Source of the DNA: a virus
DNA: 64,000 bases
Strand: one strand, 5' to 3'
Virus record (IMG/VR): IMGVR_UViG_3300030616_000017
Span: 83,159 to 147,158 of that record
This document shows positions 56,265 through 64,000 of this stretch, in pieces. A program made the translations under genes and the position numbers. The first letter of the stretch is position 1. Every line of letters begins with the position of its first letter. Below the pieces are notes generated by a model that was given only the letters and a program-made list of their open reading frames with translations, did not search any database and was not told the origin of the DNA.

Positions 56265-56531
56265 TTATTCCTTCTTCATTAAATTATCCAATGTATGTTT
56301 GAAGAAGTCATACCCATAAGCTGAAATACCTACATACACTATTAGGTTGATACCAAATGTGTGCCATTCAAAAGGTGCTGTTACAAAGATAGAAGCAATA
56401 GCAGCTAGAACAAGAGGAAGATACACATAAAACCTTTTAAGCACTGATTTCTTATCTAACCTTTTTACTGTTTCTGTAATAGACACGATTCCCATAATCA
56501 CTGCAATATTTAATCCTAATCCTAAATTCAT
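56265..56531 (-). CDS. putative holin
   Basis: 88 aa, 3 TMs, directly downstream of endolysin. Confidence 0.65.
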   Translation of the reverse strand: MNLGLGLNIAVIMGIVSITETVKRLDKKSVLKRFYVYLPLVLAAIASIFVTAPFEWHTFGINLIVYVGISAYGYDFFKHTLDNLMKKE

Positions 56532-56550
56532 TCTTTTCTCCTTTTAATTT

Positions 56551-57111
56551 TTAATATCCTCTACACGCTTGAAAGTGCATTGGATCAGTATGAGGCCAAT
56601 CTCCTCCCCAAACAAATCCCCTACTCTTAAATGCTGTTACAAAGTAATGAGGAAACAGTTCAGGGTCTGCACCCATATATCCTATAGCAGGATTAAGGTC
56701 TATTGCTATTCCCCATGAATGTGTAGATAGCTTGTTCTCGTTCCCTCTTACTGTTCTGAAGTTAAACACTCCCCCTAACATATCCCAATTTTGAGACCTA
56801 AGATATGGATACCCAACTTTAAGCATCACCTCATGGAGTGCTTCTATCATTACCGCCCCCACTCTCTTGTGAGCGTATATACGCCGTACCTCTTGATGAG
56901 GCGGCCATGAGAGACGCATAGGATAGGGAAGTGTAAAAAGTTGTAAGTTCTCTGAAAACCCTGTATCATACTTTGCTATATCTCCTGCCACATATGGCTG
57001 TCCATATACTGTGTTTATCTCTGCTAATCCTGTAGGAATACTTTGTAGTATTGTTTTATCTTTCTTTGGCACCTTATGAAATAACCTCTTATCAAAATCT
57101 TCTACTATCAT
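56551..57111 (-). CDS. M15 peptidase endolysin
   Basis: FNFR, STHSWGIAIDLNP, WGGDW..DPMHFQ. Confidence 0.9.
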   Translation of the reverse strand: MIVEDFDKRLFHKVPKKDKTILQSIPTGLAEINTVYGQPYVAGDIAKYDTGFSENLQLFTLPYPMRLSWPPHQEVRRIYAHKRVGAVMIEALHEVMLKVGYPYLRSQNWDMLGGVFNFRTVRGNENKLSTHSWGIAIDLNPAIGYMGADPELFPHYFVTAFKSRGFVWGGDWPHTDPMHFQACRGY

Positions 57112-57266
57112 GTCCCCTCCTTCTCTATGTTATATTAGTCAGTTCTTTTGAAAGAACATGAAAACATTATGGAATTTTTTTGAATTTTTTCAGAAAAACC
57201 CTTGATTTTTTTCAAGAAATAAGCTATAATTATAGTATAGAGAAGCAAATAAATGAGGAGGTCAAT

Positions 57267-57905
57267 ATGACAAACAAGAGAGAGATTGAGGATCAAGCAT
57301 ATGAATTCAACGAGGAGTTCTTCGAAGGCAGAATTCCCCCATTTTGCCTGAACGTGAAGATCAGCGATCGGATGACTAGGGTGAGAGGAACTTTCAATCC
57401 TAGCAAAGGAATCAAGCTCTCAAGCCTGTTGCTGGTGGATGAACATGAATGGAAAAGTACTCTTCTTCATGAAATGATTCATGCATGGGAGTACTTCGTA
57501 CTTCATGCCAAGCCAGGACATCGGCTCAACTTCAAGCGTAAGGCAAGGGAAATAGCTCAGCGCACCAACGGCCAGTACAACATAACAAGATGTACAGCAG
57601 GAGGGGAGGCTTTTCAGCAGGAAGTAGCAAATAGAATGGAACAGAAAGCTCGCCAATCGCGCTCAATTCAGTACATGGTACAGAACCACCGAGAGCAGAT
57701 CAACTTCATCAAAAACTTGCAATCATATGAAATACACCAGCTCCGCAACAGGGGATACATCGTACATAGAATGAAAAAAGAAATTCCAAATGTACGCAAT
57801 AAGAAAAACTTCTCGTACCTCTTGAGATGGGGCTCATATTACGAACAGAGAAGGTTGGAGAGGCTGTTAGGATATTCGATCGAATGTACCGAAGTAGTTC
57901 GGTAA
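57267..57905 (+). CDS. SprT-like Zn metalloprotease
   Basis: LLHEMIHAW, GH..NF; GAGGAGG SD before ATG 57267. Confidence 0.85.
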   Translation: MTNKREIEDQAYEFNEEFFEGRIPPFCLNVKISDRMTRVRGTFNPSKGIKLSSLLLVDEHEWKSTLLHEMIHAWEYFVLHAKPGHRLNFKRKAREIAQRTNGQYNITRCTAGGEAFQQEVANRMEQKARQSRSIQYMVQNHREQINFIKNLQSYEIHQLRNRGYIVHRMKKEIPNVRNKKNFSYLLRWGSYYEQRRLERLLGYSIECTEVVR

Positions 57906-57929
57906 GAAAAAAACAAAAGGAGAAAGAAA

Positions 57930-58376
57930 ATGACAAAGGTAACCGAAAATGAAAAGGCTGTTTTGAAGAACATTATGATCAATGAGTACAATTCTTGGAA
58001 CTGGAGCGAGCCTCCCAGAGACGCTACTCGAATCAGTACTTGGGTAGATTGTTTAGATATGGGGAAGGAAAAGATTCCTTCAGGAAAGGCTCTTTCAGGA
58101 GTAGTAAGTTCTCTTTCACAGAAAGGGCTGGTTTGGACAGATGGAGAAGCTATAGAGCTGACAGATGAAGGAATTGAAATGTATTGGAACTACATCAAGC
58201 TGGTAGATGCAATCGAAGAAGTGGAAGAGTGGATATCTACATATCTGAATACAGCTAACAGTTCAGAAAAGGCCCAAGTAGATGTTAACCAAGTTCTTGA
58301 AGAGAGATGCAACAAGATTTGTAAAGACTACAATATGACTCGAGAAGAATTAGACGCTTTTATAGGGGAGAGATAA
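57930..58376 (+). CDS. hypothetical protein (possible winged helix)
   Basis: SGVVSSLSQKGLV...LTDEG. Confidence 0.6.
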   Translation: MTKVTENEKAVLKNIMINEYNSWNWSEPPRDATRISTWVDCLDMGKEKIPSGKALSGVVSSLSQKGLVWTDGEAIELTDEGIEMYWNYIKLVDAIEEVEEWISTYLNTANSSEKAQVDVNQVLEERCNKICKDYNMTREELDAFIGER

Positions 58377-58377
58377 A

Positions 58378-58548
58378 ATGGCCGAAAAAAGATGTGCTGA
58401 TTGTAGAGATGGGTGCCACGCCAACTACGACAAGGATATTAAGCTGGTAACGGTACGAGACCCAGAAACTAACAAAATGGTGAAGCGTGCGTACCTTTGC
58501 AACGAACACCGTAATATGTACGAAATGGACGGCTACATAGTAAAGTAA
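58378..58548 (+). CDS. small Cys/His protein (56 aa)
   Basis: MAEKRCADC...LCNEH; SD GGAG. Confidence 0.55.
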   Translation: MAEKRCADCRDGCHANYDKDIKLVTVRDPETNKMVKRAYLCNEHRNMYEMDGYIVK

Positions 58549-58563
58549 AATCAATGGATAATA

Positions 58564-58596
58564 AATAGCCCCTCAACTAAGAGGGGCTATTTTTTT
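58564..58596. terminator. bidirectional terminator
   Basis: AATAGCCCCTC-AACTAA-GAGGGGCTATT between convergent genes. Confidence 0.85.
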
Positions 58597-58600
58597 GCAC

Positions 58601-58912
58601 TTATGGCATAGGAGGGGGAGTCTTTAAGTTCTGTGCGATATTTCTTCCTTTATTACCACCTATATACAACCCTACTGCAGCTAATGAGGCTGTAGCTAGA
58701 GTTGTGAGTGGAAGAGAGGTGAATATAAAAGAAGCTTGAGCAGGTTGAATATCATTCTGCACCATGAACTGTAAAAACTTCATTGTTCGATATGTATCAT
58801 ACCACCATGCTATTGGATTAAGAGCAAGCGTGATGGAGGTTAACCAAAAAGTAGTACTTCTTAGTTTATTACTTTTTAGAATGTCTTTTTGTAATGTACT
58901 TTCTTGTCCCAT
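58601..58912 (-). CDS. 2-TM membrane protein (holin-like)
   Basis: KLRSTTFWL..., GLYIGGN; leaderless after ACTAATATA. Confidence 0.55.
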   Translation of the reverse strand: MGQESTLQKDILKSNKLRSTTFWLTSITLALNPIAWWYDTYRTMKFLQFMVQNDIQPAQASFIFTSLPLTTLATASLAAVGLYIGGNKGRNIAQNLKTPPPMP

Positions 58913-58937
58913 ATTATATTAGTATTTTTTTTTCTTT

Positions 58938-61163
58938 TTACGAAAGTGTTATAAAATACTTGCTTTCATCGTCTTGCACAGTATGCACCAAGAACGATTT
59001 AGTAATTTGCGCCTCTAAACCAAGAGTTTTATTACTGCCGTAATTCAGCAGAGGCGTAGCTATTCTTCTCCAACTATTTGTATCAGTTCTATAATACAAA
59101 TGAAATATGCGAGTTAACTCAGTATTTACATAAAAAGAAGGAGCAAAGGTTTTTGTTTGATTAGGAGCACTCACCACCATCCACTTATCGTAAATAGAAA
59201 CATAAGATCCAAAATGATCGCCTGCTGTAATGTCTGAAGGAGTAGTTGAAAAAGTACTCGTCCACTCATTAGTGTCTGTTCTTAAATATGAATATACTTT
59301 GCCTGCTTCCGTCCCCTCTGTATCATCATTAGGAGCCCCTACAATTAAATAATCTGAAACACCATCTTCCCATAAATCTACAGTGCTACCAAAATTACCC
59401 CCACTATATGTAGGACTTATCTTGTAACCAGAATCCCATGTTGCTTCTCCTGTTCGATGAAACACATATACAGCACCATCTCCTCCGTCGGCCTCCGGAG
59501 CTCCCACTGCTATATAATTTTCTGTAATAGCTACAGCGGTGCCGAACTTATCTCCTGCTGCAAGATCTGAGGAAACCAACGTAGCCTCATCACTCCAAAA
59601 ACTATCTCCAGATCTATGATAAGCGTATGCAATACCTCCATTCGCACCCACTGAAGCATCTCCTGGAGCTCCCACCACGCAATACTCATTTACTATCGCT
59701 ACTGCTGAACCGAAAAGCTGGTTTGTAGACTTACCGTCTAGTGTTTGTTCATCTCCCCAAGACGTCCAATCATACTCTTGCTGTCTTCTATAAATTAGAA
59801 CTCGCCCCGTATCCGTGCTTCTATTTGGCGCTCCTACTATTACTCGATAATCAAGAGAACAATCTACAGCTTTGCCAAAACCGTCTGAAGCGCCGATAGA
59901 TGCAGGCGCAAAATTGTATCTTCTATCTGTGGCGTTGCCCCACAGTTTTGGAGTAAAAACATATACCTCTCCAGCTGTACCTTCTGTCTCATGTGTACTT
60001 ACAAACATATTTTCACAAGCTGCTACATGAGTGTTGTCATTAACTGCATCTGACCAATTATCAAAGTTTTGAGATTTATCTGTATCATATTTTGATAAAT
60101 AAAGAGCTACCTGAGACCAAAAAGCAGTAATAAAAGAAGAACCTAATGAGGTTAATTTTGTCTTGATAGCTTTTTCTGTAGGTACGAGCTCATCACTTGC
60201 ACTAACCATATTACCATCTGTACTAAGAGCGGCTCCATCTAAGAGAAAGACGTTAAGGTTTGTATTAAGATCTCCATTAGAGAGAGCAATATTTCCAGAA
60301 CTGTTTCCTACCGATTTTTCATCAAGAGTATTTGCATTAACGGTATTAAGACGTACTGTTTTTTGTAAATCATATACAGTAATTTGATCGCCTGTGATAG
60401 TGGCGGCACTCGCTCCTCTTGTAATTTTAGCAATCACATAGTAACCTTCATTTCCCGAGAAAGTAGGCGCAACCGGAGTAGCACTATCCATGCCTTCCAT
60501 TACAGCAAAATCCCCATCCTCATTTATATAGAGCAGATCAATGCGCCCAAGAGTGGTGGTATTAAAGGTAGGGGAGTCTTGTTGTTCTTTGTATTCTACA
60601 TCTCCATTTTCTTTTACTACAAAACCTTTTTTAATTAGCACTTTATTGGTAGGAGGCTCTTTTGCTTGTACATACAAATAAGCATCTATATCGGTGGTGG
60701 TTTCTTCAGCTTGAGAGCCAAGATTACTTCTACTAATCTCTCCTACCTCTCTTCTTGTGTAATCAAATGTCTCTTGCAGTGCACCACTTATATACACCGC
60801 TTGTCCTACTATAATATCATCAGTGGTAATTGAAGATTCATCTACTGCAATAAAATCAGCATAGTTCTCTTCTTCCTCTACCCACTCAAAGCGAATCACG
60901 ATGTAAGGAGTAGCTTCTGCCACTCCCTCTATAGTTACATTTTCTGTGGTTTGAACACGCACCCCTAACTCAGCCACACTATCTTCTACATAACAAGTAA
61001 GAGGGTGAAGTCGAACAGAGCTATTGTTAATCTTCTCTAATTCTCCCCCATCATAGATGCCTGCTGTAATTATTTTATAATAAATCTTATTAAAGTCTTT
61101 AGACAGGCCTTCTTGATTGAATTTAAATGTTATATTCTGTCCACCTGTGTTTACTAATGCCAT
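58938..61163 (-). CDS. tail fibre/RBP with FG-GAP beta-propeller
   Basis: Repeats FG.AVAI...VVGAP...G.VY; N-terminus shared with neighbour. Confidence 0.7.
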   Translation of the reverse strand: MALVNTGGQNITFKFNQEGLSKDFNKIYYKIITAGIYDGGELEKINNSSVRLHPLTCYVEDSVAELGVRVQTTENVTIEGVAEATPYIVIRFEWVEEEENYADFIAVDESSITTDDIIVGQAVYISGALQETFDYTRREVGEISRSNLGSQAEETTTDIDAYLYVQAKEPPTNKVLIKKGFVVKENGDVEYKEQQDSPTFNTTTLGRIDLLYINEDGDFAVMEGMDSATPVAPTFSGNEGYYVIAKITRGASAATITGDQITVYDLQKTVRLNTVNANTLDEKSVGNSSGNIALSNGDLNTNLNVFLLDGAALSTDGNMVSASDELVPTEKAIKTKLTSLGSSFITAFWSQVALYLSKYDTDKSQNFDNWSDAVNDNTHVAACENMFVSTHETEGTAGEVYVFTPKLWGNATDRRYNFAPASIGASDGFGKAVDCSLDYRVIVGAPNRSTDTGRVLIYRRQQEYDWTSWGDEQTLDGKSTNQLFGSAVAIVNEYCVVGAPGDASVGANGGIAYAYHRSGDSFWSDEATLVSSDLAAGDKFGTAVAITENYIAVGAPEADGGDGAVYVFHRTGEATWDSGYKISPTYSGGNFGSTVDLWEDGVSDYLIVGAPNDDTEGTEAGKVYSYLRTDTNEWTSTFSTTPSDITAGDHFGSYVSIYDKWMVVSAPNQTKTFAPSFYVNTELTRIFHLYYRTDTNSWRRIATPLLNYGSNKTLGLEAQITKSFLVHTVQDDESKYFITLS

Positions 61164-61187
61164 TCTTCTCTCTCTCTTTGTTGTTTA

Positions 61188-63416
61188 TTAAACTACACCC
61201 CAAACTAAGATAGATTTATAATCAGGAGTGATTAAACCCCATTCAGTTCTTTTAACTGGGTTACCCGTGCGAACAACCATGGAGGAAGTCCTTCTATTTA
61301 TAGGATACCACAGATCATTCCATTCTTGTAGATCTATTCTAGAATAATGTTTAAAAACTCCTCCTACCTGCCAAGGATCAACAGCCGTAGTGCGCCCTCT
61401 GTACCAAGAGCCTACAGCAAAACATTCTCCTTTTGTTGTCACACTTCTTCCAAAGTCGTCCAATTCATAAATAACGGTATTGGTATCTGGCTCAACCGTA
61501 TACTCACTGCCCCATGTATTACCGCTTTCTGTCTTTTCATACACATACGCTTTACCTCTACCGTTGTCTGGAGCGCCTACTACACAAATACCAAACACAT
61601 CGTCTATAGCTACTGCAAACCCAAAGGCGTCAGAAGCAGCCCCGTCGGAGGCCTCTAGAATTTCTTCATTGCCCCAAGTGTTAGCTGCTGTTCTTTCAAA
61701 TATGTAAGCCTTCCCTTCATCTGAATCAGCGCCGGGGGCCCCAACGATAACATAGTCCCCACTTATTTCTACACTTTTACCGAAGTCATCTCCTGTTGTG
61801 GTGTCACTGCCTGTTATGGTTGCAACATCTCCCCACGTATCTCCTGTAGTGCGTCGATATATAAGAACTTTATCAGCTCCAGGAACACCTACAGCGATAT
61901 AATCTCCGTCTATAGATACGGAATAACCAGCAAGCTCATCAGCAGAAGCCCCCGTAAGAGTAATCTTATAAAGCTGACTCCAAGAGTTGCTTCCTAAATG
62001 TTTAAATATATAGATAGCTCCAGCTCCCGAGGCTTGTGTATCGTCTTCAGGAGCCCCCACAACTGCATAATCGTTAGCATAGCCCACTGAAAAGCCAAAC
62101 TTACTTCCTGCTACAGGAGTATCAGGGGCTAAACGGGTAGGACTATAGGTAAAGGAAGAATCTATATCTTCTGTATCAGCATCCCCTGCAAAATAAGCAT
62201 ACACACACCCAGCGTTAGCTCCATCCACACTATCGGCGTACGCTCCTACTACAAACATTAACTTCTCATTATCTATAGCACAACCAAACTCATCGGTTGT
62301 AGAATCAATCTTAGCATACAACGATAAAGCTTTATTAGCGTCAGTATACCTATCATAAAAACCAAACCCATAATGATACGTATTTTCTCTTAACAAGGAG
62401 GTAAGATCCCCTCCAGCATTATTATCAATAAATTCAGCAAGAGCTTTTTCTGACGCCACCAACGTATCCACCTCTTGTGTAAGAAGAGGATCTATGCTAA
62501 GATCTGCTCCATTGAGTTGATCTGCATTAAGAGAAGCTATTTCCACTCCGTTGTTAGTGGGAAGATCTCCTGCATCTACCCCTTGCAATTGTTGTAGATT
62601 TATATTGTTGAGATAAGCTACGGTACGTCCATAATTTTCTATATCTGCTCCTGTTATATATGTTGCCCCAGCCCCTCTTGTTATCTTAGCTAACACATAC
62701 TTTCCATCGCTCCCATCTAGAGTAGGAGCTACAGGTGATTCAGCATCTACCCCTTGAGCTACGCCCACTGTTCCTGTTTGATTTAGATATACTAAATCAA
62801 TTCTTCCATCTGTAGTAGAAGGAATAGAAGCTGAGGTTTGAGAGGAAACAAAATGGATTGTACCTTGATAATCTACAGCCACTCCCTCTCCTATGTTTAC
62901 TTTACTAGAGAAAGGTTCTTGAGAGGACACATAAAAGTACTCTTGAGGATTTTCTTTTATTTCTTCCTCTGCTTCTACCACACTTTCATTTAGTCTTCCT
63001 CTATTGCGCCTTGTGTAGTCAAAATCATCTTGAAGTACTCCCCCCTCATATACAGCCCTCCCCACTATGATGTCATCTTGAAGAATATTGCCGTATGCTT
63101 CTGCAATAATGTCCATGAAGTTGTCTTCTATTTCAGCCCATGCATAGCGAAGAATTATGTACTCTTTTCCCTCTTCTATGGTAATGTCAACCGTTTCTGT
63201 AGTCTCAGCTCGTACTCCAACTTCTGTAGAACTATCTTCTAAGAAAGCAACTAAAGGAGTTAAAGAAACGGTAGTAGCATCTTTCTTAGAAAGAACACCG
63301 CCTGAATAAATTCCTGCTTTGAGAATTTTGTAATATAATTTATTAAAGTTTTCTGATTGCCCCGATTCAGCAAAAGAAAATATTACATTCTGGTTGCCAT
63401 AATTAGTTAAACCCAT
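61188..63416 (-). CDS. tail fibre/RBP with FG-GAP beta-propeller (paralogue)
   Basis: MGLTNYGNQNV start parallels MALVNTGGQNI; about 7 FG-GAP-like repeats. Confidence 0.7.
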   Translation of the reverse strand: MGLTNYGNQNVIFSFAESGQSENFNKLYYKILKAGIYSGGVLSKKDATTVSLTPLVAFLEDSSTEVGVRAETTETVDITIEEGKEYIILRYAWAEIEDNFMDIIAEAYGNILQDDIIVGRAVYEGGVLQDDFDYTRRNRGRLNESVVEAEEEIKENPQEYFYVSSQEPFSSKVNIGEGVAVDYQGTIHFVSSQTSASIPSTTDGRIDLVYLNQTGTVGVAQGVDAESPVAPTLDGSDGKYVLAKITRGAGATYITGADIENYGRTVAYLNNINLQQLQGVDAGDLPTNNGVEIASLNADQLNGADLSIDPLLTQEVDTLVASEKALAEFIDNNAGGDLTSLLRENTYHYGFGFYDRYTDANKALSLYAKIDSTTDEFGCAIDNEKLMFVVGAYADSVDGANAGCVYAYFAGDADTEDIDSSFTYSPTRLAPDTPVAGSKFGFSVGYANDYAVVGAPEDDTQASGAGAIYIFKHLGSNSWSQLYKITLTGASADELAGYSVSIDGDYIAVGVPGADKVLIYRRTTGDTWGDVATITGSDTTTGDDFGKSVEISGDYVIVGAPGADSDEGKAYIFERTAANTWGNEEILEASDGAASDAFGFAVAIDDVFGICVVGAPDNGRGKAYVYEKTESGNTWGSEYTVEPDTNTVIYELDDFGRSVTTKGECFAVGSWYRGRTTAVDPWQVGGVFKHYSRIDLQEWNDLWYPINRRTSSMVVRTGNPVKRTEWGLITPDYKSILVWGVV

Positions 63417-63421
63417 ATATT

Positions 63422-64000
63422 TTACTCGTCTCCTTCTATCCACTCAAAAAAGTTACCACGGACGTACGCAGGTATTGTTCTAGTTCCTGTTATTATAAAA
63501 TCGTCTGTATAAGCCGCTATAACATTGTTTGTATCTACAGTCATAATTCTTTCCCACTCGCTCTCATCTTCGTTATAATAAAACACTGCATCATTACACG
63601 TAAGAAAATGTTCGCTAACAAAACAAGGATATGCACCAAAGTAGTCAGCGTCATCTGCTTGAAAACCATATTTTACTGCATATAAAGACCAAGTGTTTGG
63701 AGCTGTTTTTTCATAAATATGTAAACTGCCTACGCTAGTTAGTGAACCAATTTCTGTATAATGCTGATAAATTGCAGCCCAGTCTCCTCTTATATCTATT
63801 CCCACCCGACCACTAAAATCGTAACCAAAGTATTTCTGAGAAGAATGAGGAGTAGATGAAGTAAGCGTAGCTACACTATCCCATGTATTATCTGCTGTGT
63901 TTTGGAAAAATTGTACAAAACCTTCATCAGTGTCATAAGCTGATATTGCTAAATAGTCTTCCCCATCTAGAAACGCAAGACTCCTCACCTCTACATCGCT
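63422..64000 (-). CDS. third FG-GAP-like protein (5' truncated by window)
   Basis: Frame open to window edge; DYLAISAY, YFGYD, DYFG. Confidence 0.6.
   Translation of the reverse strand, partial: SDVEVRSLAFLDGEDYLAISAYDTDEGFVQFFQNTADNTWDSVATLTSSTPHSSQKYFGYDFSGRVGIDIRGDWAAIYQHYTEIGSLTSVGSLHIYEKTAPNTWSLYAVKYGFQADDADYFGAYPCFVSEHFLTCNDAVFYYNEDESEWERIMTVDTNNVIAAYTDDFIITGTRTIPAYVRGNFFEWIEGDE

Noticed and set aside
58938-64000. Diversity-generating retroelement acting on tail proteins
   Set aside because: No reverse transcriptase and no template/variable repeat pair noticed in this window.

Overview
A 64-kb, gene-dense, AT-rich segment of a large tailed dsDNA phage using the standard code (TAA/TAG/TGA all act as stops). 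The host is probably a spirochaete; this is inferred from a STAS+Zn-ribbon protein and a small basic protein that resemble spirochaete families. Positions 1-53.4 kb are + strand: recombination/replication (RecU-like, RecA, SbcC, DnaC/DnaB, DnaX, primase), nucleotide metabolism (class II RNR, MazG, dNMP kinase, ThyX-like, a uracil permease), rIIA/rIIB and the large terminase. Positions 53.4-64 kb are mostly - strand: lysis genes and three FG-GAP beta-propeller tail proteins. The most striking content is an RNA-centred module: 19 tRNAs (several non-canonical, one D-armless), a 105-nt tmRNA reduced to its tRNA-like domain, three tandem Y-RNA-like bulged hairpins in front of a helical+TerD-like (Ro-like) protein and an RNA ligase, a second ligase, Pnkp, a nucleotidyltransferase, two more orphan structured RNAs, and a possible ribosomal protein. 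Two promoter classes recur: sigma70-like TTGA/TTTAC-17-TATATT, and a phage motif ACTAATA. All family calls come from motif recognition without database searches.
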